From Acidimicrobiia bacterium (lineage in GTDB: Bacteria; Actinomycetota; Acidimicrobiia; Acidimicrobiales; JBBSGY01): a stretch of 64,000 nt of DNA. Location of the stretch: positions 23,814 through 87,813 of the forward strand of contig JBDIBA010000001.1 in assembly GCA_039812705.1 (NCBI GenBank), written 5' to 3'. Each line of letters starts with the position of its first letter. Positions within the stretch are counted from its first letter, which is position 1. This document shows positions 52,056-62,415 of this stretch, one piece after another. A program made the position numbers and the translations under genes. The notes under the pieces are model-generated. The model did not search any database. It was not told the DNA's origin and was given only the letters and a program-made list of their open reading frames with translations.

Positions 52056-53333
52056 TTGGGAACGAAAAACCAAACAGAAAGTGCAGGTCAGGGCCTTGCG
52101 ACTTTCGAGGGCGGGACGTCTAAAACGGTTCTGATTACGGCAGTCGTAACTTCTGGGCTCTGGTTGGTCTCTCTGGGAGTGCTGTGGTGGACGCCTTTTG
52201 ATTCCAAGTTTGACCAAGCGTTCGGCTTTGGCCTGGCCGTTGTTGCGTGGCTGGCATTGGTCTGGTTGACCACTCGTCAGGTGAACATGACCAAGTTGGT
52301 TTTGGCCTTGATGGTCGTTGGCGGCGGCGCAGCGGTGATTGCGATGCCAGCAACGTCAACTGACGTGAACTCTTATGCCATGTACGGACAAATGGTTAGC
52401 GAACATCACGCGTCGCCGTACGTGCATTCCCCAGACGACTTTCCTCAAGACCTGTGGTCGAACCGTGTTGCAGACAAGTGGAAAGACTCGCCGTCGCTTT
52501 ATGGACCGCTGTTTACGGGCTTGTCTGCGGCGTTGGTTGTTGTCACGGGCGGCGATGTCGAAGCAACCGTTCATGGTTTTCAACTGCTCGCACTCGTGGC
52601 CTACGCATTGTCGGCGTACCTGTTGTGGCGACGTAGTCGCAATACATCAGTCCTTGCTTTTTTTGGCTTGAGCCCCTTTGTGCTGGCGCTCGGTGTTAAC
52701 GACGCTCATAGCGATCTGCTTGTTGGTCTTGGAGTCCTGTGTGCCGCCTTGTTGATTGAACGCGCGTGGAATGCCGGCAGCACAGGCGTTCAGCGGTTGT
52801 GCCTGGCCGGGGTTTCTTTGGCTTGTGCGGGTCTTGTGAAAATCACGGCGTTGTTGGCCGCCGGGGGTTCGGCTCTTGTCCTTGTAGCGCGTCGACGACT
52901 CCGCAATGCAGCGCTGTTGGTTTTCATCATTGCCGTGACGGTTGGCATTGGTTTGACGATTGTTGGCGTTGACAACTTTGTTTCGGCCATGTCGCAAGCG
53001 TCCGATAGGCATTCGCGATTTTCTCTGTGGGCGCCCGTGCATTCATTGTTGAATGAGTCGGGCCAGCCTGACGTGGCCAAGCGGATTAATGCGGTCGCGA
53101 ATCTGGTTGTCCTTGTTGTCGGTGCGCTGGTTGTTTGGATGTTGCGCAAAAACAGACAAGGGGCGCTGTGGGTCGTGGCACCGCTGGTTACATACCAAGT
53201 GCTTGGCCCGTACACCGTGGGTTGGTACGCGCTGTGGTCACTGCCTGCGTTGGCACTTGTTCGACATCACTGGTTGACCAAGGTTGCAGTTGGCCATGGA
53301 GTGTTGGTGACGATGCTTTACTTCCTGTTGTGA
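52056..53333 (+). CDS. Polytopic membrane protein, GT-C-type glycosyltransferase-like (DUF2029 / mannosyltransferase-like)
   Basis: It has ~10 TM helices with an early loop containing D/E plus aromatic residues (SPDDFPQDLWSNRVADKWKDSPSLYGPLF), as in polyprenol-phosphate-dependent glycosyltransferases. TTG 52056 with a GGGAG RBS was chosen. The family assignment is tentative. Confidence 0.55.
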   Translation: MGTKNQTESAGQGLATFEGGTSKTVLITAVVTSGLWLVSLGVLWWTPFDSKFDQAFGFGLAVVAWLALVWLTTRQVNMTKLVLALMVVGGGAAVIAMPATSTDVNSYAMYGQMVSEHHASPYVHSPDDFPQDLWSNRVADKWKDSPSLYGPLFTGLSAALVVVTGGDVEATVHGFQLLALVAYALSAYLLWRRSRNTSVLAFFGLSPFVLALGVNDAHSDLLVGLGVLCAALLIERAWNAGSTGVQRLCLAGVSLACAGLVKITALLAAGGSALVLVARRRLRNAALLVFIIAVTVGIGLTIVGVDNFVSAMSQASDRHSRFSLWAPVHSLLNESGQPDVAKRINAVANLVVLVVGALVVWMLRKNRQGALWVVAPLVTYQVLGPYTVGWYALWSLPALALVRHHWLTKVAVGHGVLVTMLYFLL

Positions 53334-53704
53334 TGACGGAGTGGATTGGGATAATCGCGCGGGCATGTGCCGGGTTTGTGTTCTTGATTGCCGCGTGGAC
53401 CAAGTTGCGCTCGCCACGGTGGTCCATGAAGGCGTTGGCAGATGGCATTGCGCCGCCGGTCGTCAGGTTGCTGCCTGCGTTTGAAGCTGTTCTGGGCTTG
53501 GCTTTGGTGGCGCAGCTGTTCCCGCATTTCGTTGCGTGGATTGCAGTTGCCGTGTTCTGCGCATTTTTGGCGTTTGTGATTTCGCGCTTTAACGATCCGC
53601 GAGGCTGCAATTGTTTCGGTGCAGCGGGTTCGGTCGTTGGGGTCGGCACCGTCATGCGCAACATTGCACTGATTGCTGTAGGCCTTGTTGGCGCGTTGTT
53701 CTAA
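53333..53704 (+). CDS. MauE/DoxX-like small membrane protein
   Basis: The 123-aa product has four TM segments, FLIAAWTKLRSP, and the CNCFG motif typical of MauE-family proteins. It has a TGATG overlap with the upstream gene. Confidence 0.6.
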   Translation: MTEWIGIIARACAGFVFLIAAWTKLRSPRWSMKALADGIAPPVVRLLPAFEAVLGLALVAQLFPHFVAWIAVAVFCAFLAFVISRFNDPRGCNCFGAAGSVVGVGTVMRNIALIAVGLVGALF

Positions 53705-53713
53705 GAGTGCGTC

Positions 53714-54508
53714 TCAGAGGGCTTTGAAACTTTGCAGCACGCGGCCATAGATCTCGCCGACGAATTGGCCATCAGACGCTGCAACGAGAATCACATAGAG
53801 ATGTGAGTCAGTTGTCCGAAGGTTTATAAGCGCCACTGATTGACCATTGACGACGGTTGCTTCAACTTGTGGATCGACTGCTGTTCCGACCGTTCGTTTG
53901 GATGCAATGGTCCCGCGACCCTGGGCAAGAGCAGTCAGCGTTTCGTCCAGTCGGTCAACGTTCGCACGCTCATTCGTGTTAAGCGTCCAGACGGCGGCAC
54001 TTAGTGGGTCGCCGTCTCTCTCTGACAGAACGAGGTTCGCAGGCGTGCCGTCGGACAACGCACTTGCACGCTGAGTTGGTGTGAACGGTAACGAGACGCT
54101 GCATGCACAGTTTGCAGGCTTGAAAGCTTGCAACGGATAAGCGCTTGCGCTGTCTCTTCCCATTGTCAACGCTCCGCTGAGCGATGCTGTGTCTGGGGTC
54201 TTGTCGACATTGTTCGGCGCTGCGGGTGGAGCGGTTGTGGTTGTCGGCTGGGGTGCGACCGTGTCGATTGTTGATGTTGATGTCGGCGCTTCGATGGTCG
54301 CGCCTGGTTCAACGACCGTGGTTTCAACAACACTTACTTCTGCGTTCTGTTTTGTATTGACCTTGGGGTGCAACAGCCGCGCACTCATCACGGGAGACGT
54401 CAGCAGAAAAAGGAACACGCAAAGGCCGATCAGCAGTCCGTTCTTAACCGACGACCCGTTTGATCCGTCAGATGTCTGACTGGTTGGTAAAAGTGGCTGG
54501 TCCTGCAT
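53714..54508 (-). CDS. Secreted/anchored hypothetical protein
   Basis: It has an N-terminal TM segment (LLIGLCVFLFLLTSPVMSA), a Thr/Pro-rich linker, and a C-terminal ~150-aa domain. Its architecture is similar to the C-terminal part of the adjacent 530-aa protein. Confidence 0.5.
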   Translation of the reverse strand: MQDQPLLPTSQTSDGSNGSSVKNGLLIGLCVFLFLLTSPVMSARLLHPKVNTKQNAEVSVVETTVVEPGATIEAPTSTSTIDTVAPQPTTTTAPPAAPNNVDKTPDTASLSGALTMGRDSASAYPLQAFKPANCACSVSLPFTPTQRASALSDGTPANLVLSERDGDPLSAAVWTLNTNERANVDRLDETLTALAQGRGTIASKRTVGTAVDPQVEATVVNGQSVALINLRTTDSHLYVILVAASDGQFVGEIYGRVLQSFKAL

Positions 54509-54542
54509 CGTCGCGCCTCGATGAGAAAACCCCGAGGACTTG

Positions 54543-56135
54543 TTACGCGTTCGGGCGGAAGCCGCCGACTAGTCGCGCGAAGAGGTCGGGTTCGCCACTT
54601 GCGCTGGGGCTAACCAGCCACATGCCGTACAAGATGTCGCCACGGACGTAGTACACGGCGTCACCGTTGACGGTCAGATCCGCGCTCGCAAAGTGTCCGT
54701 TGAGTTGACGCACCCCGTTGTTGACTTCTTGGGATTGCGAGGTAGCCGTTGCTCCGCGGTCACGCGCAGTAGCGGTCAACTGGTTTGCCATCAGTTGGTA
54801 GTCAAGGGCGCGGTTGCGGTTGGCAGGAATTCGACGAATGTAAGTCTCGACGTATGTTGTCGTGCCTGGAATGTCTGCGCGCACAGTTGTTGCGGCAGGT
54901 TCCTGTCGCGGTGTTGGAGTCCCGGGAAGTAGTGCCGTGTAAAGGCCGTCGGGGTCCGCGTAGTCGCGCCATTCGCCGGCTGCGTTTGACTGAGCGGGCG
55001 GTGCAACAGTGGTGGGCACTGTTGGTTCCTTGAACATGGTTGATGCAATCAAGGCGAGTACGCCAAGGAGGACAATTGCACCCGCGGCGATAGCTGCGAA
55101 CCTTCCACCCTTGCGCAAAGTCGAGTCATCGAACTGTGACGTAAGACGCGCGAAGATGTTCGGCTTCTTTTCGACAGGACCAATGATCATTGACGAAACC
55201 GACGAGTAGTCAGGCCCTGGCGTAGTCATCAGATCCAAAGCAGAAAGGAACGCGCCGCTTTCGTCAGCTTCATTCGCGTCGCGTGATGACGGGAAGTTGT
55301 CGAGTGTGGCCGGTGGTGTGTTCAGGAGTTCTTGAACTTCGGCGTCCTTTTCGTCAAAGAAGTTCAATGACGTGAAGTTGAGGGTGTCGTTTTGCTCTTC
55401 GTCTTCGGACTGTTCACTGTCTTGTTGTTCGATGTCGAACCTGTTGTCCCCAAACGGATTGCTTTGGAAGTTTGAGTGTCCGAGCAACACGGCATCGGGG
55501 TCTGTTTCCCAAGACGGGTCGATGTCGCTCTCGTGCGAACCGAAATCGGTTGTCTCGTCGGCGTTGGCAATGAGTGAGTTCGAGAACTCGGCTTCGGCGG
55601 GTCCCTCTTCGACCGGGGTGTCTTCGCGGGCAATGGTCTCGGGGTCGAACGTTGACTGGAAGCTAGGAAAGCTCAGACGACCTGCAAGGTCGAGCTCTTC
55701 TTCGGTGACTTGAACTTCGGGTGCAGACGCGTCGCTTGAGTCTTCCCACTCGTCTTCGATGGTTTCGTCTTCAAGCGCATTGAACTCGGCAGGCTCGGCC
55801 TCGAGAACTTGGTCTTGTTCTTGCTGAAACTGATCCTGATCCTGAGTCGGCTCGCTGGCGTCGGCATCTTGGGATGAATCCACCCAAGGCTCCGTCATCT
55901 CACCGGGAAGCCCGAATGTGGCATCGCTAGAAGGTGCGTCAACATTGGTTGAATCGATTGTGGTGTGGTCCTCTACAACGGCGTCAATGTGGGCCACTGG
56001 GACCTGCTCAGATTGCTGCTGGGGTTCGGCATGGGTGATTGCGGTCTCGTCAATAAGAGAAGCCGCGCAGGATCGACAAACGGTCCAGTCACGGTTGACG
56101 AAGGCGCCGCAGGCAGCGCAAAGATTCAGCTCCAC
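54543..56135 (-). CDS. Zinc-ribbon / acidic disordered / TM / extracytoplasmic-domain protein
   Basis: It has the N-terminal zinc ribbon CAACGAFVNRDWTVCRSC (CxxC...CxxC), a ~300-aa highly acidic region, one TM segment (FAAIAAGAIVLLGVLALIASTMF), and a C-terminal domain. Confidence 0.55.
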   Translation of the reverse strand: MELNLCAACGAFVNRDWTVCRSCAASLIDETAITHAEPQQQSEQVPVAHIDAVVEDHTTIDSTNVDAPSSDATFGLPGEMTEPWVDSSQDADASEPTQDQDQFQQEQDQVLEAEPAEFNALEDETIEDEWEDSSDASAPEVQVTEEELDLAGRLSFPSFQSTFDPETIAREDTPVEEGPAEAEFSNSLIANADETTDFGSHESDIDPSWETDPDAVLLGHSNFQSNPFGDNRFDIEQQDSEQSEDEEQNDTLNFTSLNFFDEKDAEVQELLNTPPATLDNFPSSRDANEADESGAFLSALDLMTTPGPDYSSVSSMIIGPVEKKPNIFARLTSQFDDSTLRKGGRFAAIAAGAIVLLGVLALIASTMFKEPTVPTTVAPPAQSNAAGEWRDYADPDGLYTALLPGTPTPRQEPAATTVRADIPGTTTYVETYIRRIPANRNRALDYQLMANQLTATARDRGATATSQSQEVNNGVRQLNGHFASADLTVNGDAVYYVRGDILYGMWLVSPSASGEPDLFARLVGGFRPNA

Positions 56136-56237
56136 AGCACCTTGGTCGGCATCCTGGAAAGTTTCTTTAGCCCTTTATGCCCCACAAGGGCCAGGAAGAG
56201 TCCCGAATAAGGCCTTCCTGCCGCGGGTGGGGCGGTT

Positions 56238-58355
56238 TCAGGTGGCCGAAGTGGCCGAAATGATGAAGGCCTGGACGAAGGCCTCGTCGCGCCAGGCGTC
56301 GTAACGCCCAGAAGGGCCTCCGTGACCGGCTCCCAGCTCGGTCTTCAACAAGATGGGATGTGTGCTCGTGTTGTGCGCGCGCAGCTTTTGGACCCACTTG
56401 GTGGGCTCCCAATAACTGACACGGGGATCGTTGAGGCCGGCCGTGACGAGCATCGCGGGGTAACTGGCGTTGGTCACGTTGTCGTAAGGGGAGTAGGAGG
56501 CCATGTAGTCGTAGTACTCAGGGTCTTCGGGGTTGCCCCACTCTTCGTATTCATGCACGGTCAGCGGCAGGGTCGGGTCGCTCATTGTTGTGAGTGAGTC
56601 CACAAAGGGCACCTCGGCAACAACTGCACCAAACAGCTGTGGTGCTGCGTTCGTAACGGCACCCATCAGCAGACCCCCGGCGCTACCGCCGCGGATGGCC
56701 AACTGTTGGCTTGTTGTGTAACCGTCTTCGATCAATTTGTTGGCACACGCGATGAAGTCCGTGAACGTGTTCTTCTTTTCAAGGAACTTGCCGTGCTCGT
56801 ACCAGAGGCGACCCATGTCGCCGCCGCCACGGATGTGTGCGATGGCGAAAACGAACCCGCGGTCAAGCAGGCTGACGCGCGCAGACGAAAACGACGGGTC
56901 GATGCTGATTTCGTAGGAGCCGTAACCGTAAAGCAGTGCGGGCCCGGCGCCTTGCTTGCGGTCTTTTCGGTAGACGAGTGACATCGGCACTTGCGTTCCG
57001 TCTTCAGCGGTGGCCCACAACCTCTTTGTGTCGTAGTCATCGGCGTTGAAACCGCCCAGCACGGGTTGTTGTTTGAGAAGCGTGCGATCCCCGGTGCTGA
57101 CGTTGAGCTCAAACACCGTTGACGGCGTGATCATGGATGAGTAGTTGAACCGCACAATGTCTGTATCGAGTTCAACGTTGCCTGTTGCAAATGCCGTGTA
57201 GCTCTCTTCGCTTTGCTCGACCACCTCAAGGCGGTGCCCATCAAGGTGAAGCAGCGCCATGGTTTCGCTTGCCTGCGCACGCTCTGCAAGCACCAAGAAG
57301 TTCTTAAAAGGATCAACGCCATCAAGCTTTACGTTGTCGCGGTGTCCAACTATTTCTTTCCAGTTGTCCCGCGACGTCTTCTCAACACTTGTTTCCATCA
57401 ACTTGAAGTTGGGCGCGTCTTCGTTAGTGAGAATGAACAGTCGTTCACCAGATTCGTTGCGGTGGTGAAACGCGTGGTACTCAACGTTGTGGCGTCGAGG
57501 CTCAATCACTTTGAACGTTCCGAAAGGGTCACTTGCGCGCAGCAAATGTTGTTCGCTTGTGATGGAACTTGAAACAAGAATGCTGACAAAGTCCTCGGAC
57601 TTGGAGTTGCCAACGCTGACGAAGAATCGCTCATCATCTTCTTGAAAAACGCAAGTGTCCTCGGCGCTTTCATCCACGACATGGCGCCACACTTGGTACG
57701 GCCGCATGGACTCGTTCTGACGCATGAAGAACAGGGCGTCGCCTTCACTTGACCAAGCGGTTCCGTATGAAGTGCGTTCAATCGGAGTGCCGATGAGTTC
57801 GTTGGTTTCGAGATCCAAGATGTGCATCGCGTAGACCTCGTCACCTTGATGGTCGGTGCTGTATGCAAGGCGACGGCCATCTGGGCTTACGTCAAAGGCG
57901 CCCAGTGCGAAGTATTCAGAGTCACCAGCAAGTTTGTTCTCGTCGATCAGCACTTGCTCGGGGGCGCTGTCCGTCGGAACGCCACGGTCACCTTGCGTGC
58001 GACAACGGATTGGGTACTGCAGTCCTTCGACGCTGCGCGTGTAGTACCACCATGGTCCGCGCTTGATCGGCACAGATAGGTCAGTCTCTTGAACTCGACC
58101 CTTGATCTCGTTGAACAAAGTGGTGCGCAGTTCGTCTTGTGAGGTCGTTACGGCTTCGGTGTAGGCGTTTTCGGCTTCCAGGAGTTCGATAACTCGCGGG
58201 TTTGACTTCTCAGACAACCAGAACCAGTCGTCGATCCGCTCCTTGCCGTGCGCGGTCAATGTGTGTGGTTTCCGCTCGGCTACCGGGGCAGTGGTGGTGT
58301 CGCCTTGTGGTTTTTCGGGCTGATGACTTTCATTGTTTGGTTCCTGGAAGCTCAC
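56238..58355 (-). CDS. ptrB: Oligopeptidase B (S9A prolyl oligopeptidase family)
   Basis: It has the N-terminal RIDDWFWLSEKSNPRVIELLEAENAYT, a beta-propeller region, and the catalytic GGSAGGLLMG serine motif. The C-terminal D/H region is LKTELGAGHGG. Confidence 0.9.
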   Translation of the reverse strand: MSFQEPNNESHQPEKPQGDTTTAPVAERKPHTLTAHGKERIDDWFWLSEKSNPRVIELLEAENAYTEAVTTSQDELRTTLFNEIKGRVQETDLSVPIKRGPWWYYTRSVEGLQYPIRCRTQGDRGVPTDSAPEQVLIDENKLAGDSEYFALGAFDVSPDGRRLAYSTDHQGDEVYAMHILDLETNELIGTPIERTSYGTAWSSEGDALFFMRQNESMRPYQVWRHVVDESAEDTCVFQEDDERFFVSVGNSKSEDFVSILVSSSITSEQHLLRASDPFGTFKVIEPRRHNVEYHAFHHRNESGERLFILTNEDAPNFKLMETSVEKTSRDNWKEIVGHRDNVKLDGVDPFKNFLVLAERAQASETMALLHLDGHRLEVVEQSEESYTAFATGNVELDTDIVRFNYSSMITPSTVFELNVSTGDRTLLKQQPVLGGFNADDYDTKRLWATAEDGTQVPMSLVYRKDRKQGAGPALLYGYGSYEISIDPSFSSARVSLLDRGFVFAIAHIRGGGDMGRLWYEHGKFLEKKNTFTDFIACANKLIEDGYTTSQQLAIRGGSAGGLLMGAVTNAAPQLFGAVVAEVPFVDSLTTMSDPTLPLTVHEYEEWGNPEDPEYYDYMASYSPYDNVTNASYPAMLVTAGLNDPRVSYWEPTKWVQKLRAHNTSTHPILLKTELGAGHGGPSGRYDAWRDEAFVQAFIISATSAT

Positions 58356-58564
58356 GGGCCGAGCTTGTCATGTCGCTGCCGCTTTGAGCTTCCTGTTTTC
58401 TGCGGACGGCTCTCCAGTTTGTTTCATAATCGAAAAAAGACGTATCATGATCCCGCTATTTGGGCGATTTGCCCGTTTGCTGCTTTGGTCCGCGGGTGTT
58501 TCGTCCGGATAGCGCGAGTGATTTTCAGGTGGCCGTCATAGCCACCAAAAGCAGAGGTGCGCCC

Positions 58565-59446
58565 ATGAACACTGTTCGTTGGCTTCAGTCGAAGCGACAA
58601 TCTGGCGGACGGAAGCGCATTCTTCCTTTGGTTGCCGTCTTTGTTCTGTGTGCGGCAGTCGGTGTGCCCAGTGCAATGGCTGCGTTGCCCGCCAAGCGTC
58701 CCCCGATGCTTGTCGCGATGGGTGACTCCTTCACCTCGGGCACAGGCAACGCTCCATCCCAAGACGTGAACTTTTCCTGCAGGCGGTCCGCGGCCTCGTA
58801 CTCGGCGCTCGTTGCGAAGCAGCTTGGCGCTACTTACAAGAACCTTGCGTGCAGCGGCGCGAAATCACCAGACATGTGGGGCACGTACAGAAACGATCCC
58901 TCTCAGATGCAGTCCTTGCGCAAGCTCGCGTTGAGTAACGACGTCCGTTACGTGGTTCTGACAATCGGTGGAAACGACGTTGCAATGTTCGATTCCATGA
59001 AGGCTCGTCTGACCGGTCAACCCACACCGCAGTTCGACACGGCCATCAAGGCGTTGCCGCCGAAGGTGAGCGAGACCTTGCGATGGGTGAACTGGATGGC
59101 TCCGCAGGCCGAGATTTATATCCTGGGATACCCAGACCTGCTTCCGCGCACCCGGACCGAACTTGGAGGCTGCTTTACGCCCTGGGTCGCCGCGAGGATG
59201 GATCCCACTCCTTGGACATCGATGATGGATCAGCTCAATGCTGCGGTTTCGGCGGGGGCGAAGTCGTCGAAGATCTCCAAAGTGCATTACGTCGCCCCTC
59301 CGTCGTTTGCCGGACACTCGGTCTGCTCCAGTGACACCTGGGGCTTCCGTCTGGCCAACACACTTGGCAAACCAGAGGGCGCGTTCCACCCCAACGCATT
59401 GGGCCACCAGGCCCTCGCTACCAATCTCGTGAAAGTGGCGCGCTAA
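58565..59446 (+). CDS. Secreted SGNH/GDSL hydrolase (lipase/esterase)
   Basis: It has a signal peptide and block I LVAMGDSFTSGTG. It also has LTIGGNDV and the C-terminal HPNALGH (DxxH-like) block. ATG 58565 has an AGAGG RBS. Confidence 0.8.
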   Translation: MNTVRWLQSKRQSGGRKRILPLVAVFVLCAAVGVPSAMAALPAKRPPMLVAMGDSFTSGTGNAPSQDVNFSCRRSAASYSALVAKQLGATYKNLACSGAKSPDMWGTYRNDPSQMQSLRKLALSNDVRYVVLTIGGNDVAMFDSMKARLTGQPTPQFDTAIKALPPKVSETLRWVNWMAPQAEIYILGYPDLLPRTRTELGGCFTPWVAARMDPTPWTSMMDQLNAAVSAGAKSSKISKVHYVAPPSFAGHSVCSSDTWGFRLANTLGKPEGAFHPNALGHQALATNLVKVAR

Positions 59447-59497
59447 AAGGGTCTTGTTCAGGGGTGTTGTCGAATAGTTGCCGATTAGTGGCAAGCT

Positions 59498-59785
59498 TTG
59501 TTCGCTAGCCTCACGGTGTTAGCTGTTGGTGCCTCCAAAAGAGGCAGGCAGCCAAAGGAACAGATGGAATCGACAACCCCCCAAACCCCCGCAGTCGTGA
59601 TCACTCCTGAGCAATTGGGAAGCCAATCCACGCCGAAAGATGCAGTGGTCGTCATTATGAGCGAGGACGCCTGTGCCGCAGCCGAAGCAAGTCGCTTGGT
59701 TCCTGGTCGCAGTGCAGTCTTTGTTGGTGGAAACCAGGCATTGGGCGAGGAGATGGCCTCCGAGCTATTTGCCCCGCGCTCCTAA
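59498..59785 (+). CDS. Hypothetical small protein (weak call)
   Basis: It is the only sizeable ORF in the 450-nt gap upstream of sufB, and I recognise no motif. It may be non-coding. Confidence 0.25.
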   Translation: MFASLTVLAVGASKRGRQPKEQMESTTPQTPAVVITPEQLGSQSTPKDAVVVIMSEDACAAAEASRLVPGRSAVFVGGNQALGEEMASELFAPRS

Positions 59786-59897
59786 GCAAGCATCGCCAAA
59801 AAACCCAGCCAGGTGGACTTTTTCTGACCGGGGAAGGTCCTGGCGGCCTCGGTTGTTATCTTCTTAGTGAACCGAGCCCACGCCTGGAGGCATTTGC

Positions 59898-61295
59898 ATG
59901 GCTGTAACTGATCTCGACCTTGGTCGCTACCAACTTGGATGGCGAGACGTCGAGAACTACGTCTACAAGCCAAAGAAGGGCATCAGCGAAAACATGATCC
60001 GCGAGATGTCGTGGATGAAGGGCGAGCCTGACTGGATGCGTGACCGCCGACTCAAGGCGTTCCGTCACTTTGGACGAAGGTCTATGCCGACGTGGGGCGG
60101 CGACCTTTCCGACATCAATTTCGACGACATCTACTACTACGTACGTCCGACCGATAAGCAGGTCAACAGCTGGGACCAGCTTCCAGACTCAGTCAAGACC
60201 ACGTACGAAAAGCTCGGCATTCCCGAAGCGGAGCGCCAGTACCTCGCCGGCGTGACGGCTCAATACGAGTCCGAAGTCGTCTATCACCGCAACCGCGAAG
60301 ACCTTGAGGCGCAGGGTGTCATCTTTTGCGACATGGACACCGCGCTTCGCGAGTATCCAGAAATTGTCAAGGCGTATTTCGGCACCGTCATTCCGCTGAG
60401 CGATAACAAGTTTGCGGCGCTCAACTCGTCTGTGTGGTCTGGTGGTTCGTTTATCTACGTTCCGCCGGGCGTCAAGGTCGACATGCCGTTGCAGGCGTAC
60501 TTCCGCATCAACGCCGAGTCCATGGGTCAGTTTGAGCGGACGTTGATCATTGCCGACGAAGGTAGCCAGGTTCATTACATCGAGGGTTGTTCTGCACCTG
60601 AATATTCAACTGAGTCATTGCACTCTGCCGTTGTTGAAATCATTGTGAAGCCGTCGGCGCGCGTGACCTACACAACCATTCAGAACTGGTACCCGAACGT
60701 TTTCAATCTGGTGACCAAGCGTGCGCGTGTTGAGGCCGAGGGTCGCATGGAATGGATTGACGGCAACATTGGCAGCCGTCTCACCATGAAGTACCCGGCC
60801 GTTTATCTGATGGGTCCGAAAGCATCGGGCGAGGTGCTTTCTGTTGCATACGCCGGTGAGGGCCAACACCAAGACGCGGGCGCGAAGATGGTTCACGTTG
60901 CACCAGAGACAACTTCGACGATTGTTTCAAAGTCGATCTCTAAAGATGGTGGCCGCACCAGCTATCGCGGGTTGGTCAAAGTAGAAGAAGGCGCAACCAA
61001 GTCAAAGAGCTTTGTGCGTTGTGACGCTTTGTTGCTTGATGACGAAAGCCGCTCGGACACATATCCATACATGGAAGTCGGCGAGCAAGACACCAACATT
61101 GGTCACGAGGCAACCGTGTCAAAGATTGGTGACGATCAACTGTTCTATTTGATGAGTCGCGGCCTTTCTGAGTCTGCTGCAATGTCGATGATCGTCAATG
61201 GTTTCATTGAGCCTGTGACGCGAACGTTGCCAATGGAATACGCAGTTGAGTGGTCGCGCTTGATCGAGCTGCAAATGGAAGGGTCGATCGGCTGA
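59898..61295 (+). CDS. sufB: Fe-S cluster assembly protein SufB
   Basis: At 465 aa it has the characteristic [23 protein letters not shown] and [24 protein letters not shown] sequences. Confidence 0.95.
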   Translation: MAVTDLDLGRYQLGWRDVENYVYKPKKGISENMIREMSWMKGEPDWMRDRRLKAFRHFGRRSMPTWGGDLSDINFDDIYYYVRPTDKQVNSWDQLPDSVKTTYEKLGIPEAERQYLAGVTAQYESEVVYHRNREDLEAQGVIFCDMDTALREYPEIVKAYFGTVIPLSDNKFAALNSSVWSGGSFIYVPPGVKVDMPLQAYFRINAESMGQFERTLIIADEGSQVHYIEGCSAPEYSTESLHSAVVEIIVKPSARVTYTTIQNWYPNVFNLVTKRARVEAEGRMEWIDGNIGSRLTMKYPAVYLMGPKASGEVLSVAYAGEGQHQDAGAKMVHVAPETTSTIVSKSISKDGGRTSYRGLVKVEEGATKSKSFVRCDALLLDDESRSDTYPYMEVGEQDTNIGHEATVSKIGDDQLFYLMSRGLSESAAMSMIVNGFIEPVTRTLPMEYAVEWSRLIELQMEGSIG

Positions 61296-61296
61296 C

Positions 61297-61647
61297 GTGC
61301 CAATGCGCGTGAACTGCCGGTTTTACGAGAGCCGGACGTATGCAACGGGTGACACGGTTAGGCAGTGTCGCCTAGACCTTGCGCCGGAGGCTCCGTGGCG
61401 TTGCCCCGAGGATTGTCCGAAGTTCCAACCAAAATTGAACGATGGCGGGTGGACGCAGGGGAGCCTTGCGAACAAGGGTATGACGGATGAGCCGACGCTG
61501 GACGCAGATCACGTTTCGATGTTGGACGCAGCCGAGAACATCATCAATGCGGCCGGTCCGGAGATCGTCCAAGAAGTGAGAGCAAAGAAAAACGCCGAGG
61601 CTCGCAAGCGCAAGCCTCGGCGTTGGTATTGGCCATTCGGCGGCTAA
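61297..61647 (+). CDS. Hypothetical Cys-containing small protein inserted after sufB
   Basis: The 116-aa product has four Cys residues in the first 40 residues (C7, C24, C36, C40: ...CRFYE...QCRLD...WRCPEDCPKF) and a basic C-terminal tail. It starts 2 nt after the sufB stop. Confidence 0.45.
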   Translation: MPMRVNCRFYESRTYATGDTVRQCRLDLAPEAPWRCPEDCPKFQPKLNDGGWTQGSLANKGMTDEPTLDADHVSMLDAAENIINAAGPEIVQEVRAKKNAEARKRKPRRWYWPFGG

Positions 61648-61659
61648 CCAAAGATTTGA

Positions 61660-62415
61660 TTAAGCAGCTTTGTAAGTTCCGTAACCGGTTTTGCACGTCT
61701 TCGTTCCGCTGGCGAAACCCGGGTAGAGCTTTGATACACCAACAGCCTTGCGGTCTACGTAGTTTGCCCTGCCGTTAATTGCAGTGGCGAGCGTGTAGGC
61801 GTCGAGCCGGTTGTTCTTGATGTAGATAAACAGTGGGATTTCGACAGACGTGGACCCCCATTCCTTTTCTTTGTGTGGTGCGCGTCCAGGTTCCTGAACC
61901 CAGACTGTCCTGCCTGTCCAGAAGAGGTAGTTGATCTTGAGAGCAGCGCCGCCGGTGCCCTCGCCCCATTGTCCACCACTGGTGGGCTCGCCTAGGTAGA
62001 CGGTCGCGAACTTTCTGGTCCGAGTGCTGCCGCCGGCATTTGTCTTGAAAATCTGAACGTACTTGGCGCGTCGGCGATTGTTTGCGGAGACGTAGCCGGG
62101 GACCGTTGCCGAGCGCGCTTCGATGCTCTGGATTCTCATGTAATCGCTCTTTGGCGAGAATGCTCCAACGGACAGGCTGTTGTTGCTATTCGCCGAAATT
62201 GCAATGCCGACATGAGAATTACCGGGGCCGTATGCGACCACGCAGCTCGCTCCATCGTTAAACACAGAGGGCTTGTAAGTGGTGGCTGCTGAAGCTGCGC
62301 TGATTCCAGCTGTTCCAACACAGAGCGCTACTAGCGACGCCGCCAAAACTCGTCCCTTGGTGAGGGCGATTCTTGGGAGTCGTGGATGGGTCCGATGTCT
62401 GATTTGGTTGAACAT
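61660..62415 (-). CDS. Secreted hypothetical protein on the opposite strand, located between sufB and sufD
   Basis: It has a signal peptide (LAASLVALCVGTAGISAASA) followed by a beta-rich ~215-aa domain. I recognise no family. Confidence 0.55.
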   Translation of the reverse strand: MFNQIRHRTHPRLPRIALTKGRVLAASLVALCVGTAGISAASAATTYKPSVFNDGASCVVAYGPGNSHVGIAISANSNNSLSVGAFSPKSDYMRIQSIEARSATVPGYVSANNRRRAKYVQIFKTNAGGSTRTRKFATVYLGEPTSGGQWGEGTGGAALKINYLFWTGRTVWVQEPGRAPHKEKEWGSTSVEIPLFIYIKNNRLDAYTLATAINGRANYVDRKAVGVSKLYPGFASGTKTCKTGYGTYKAA

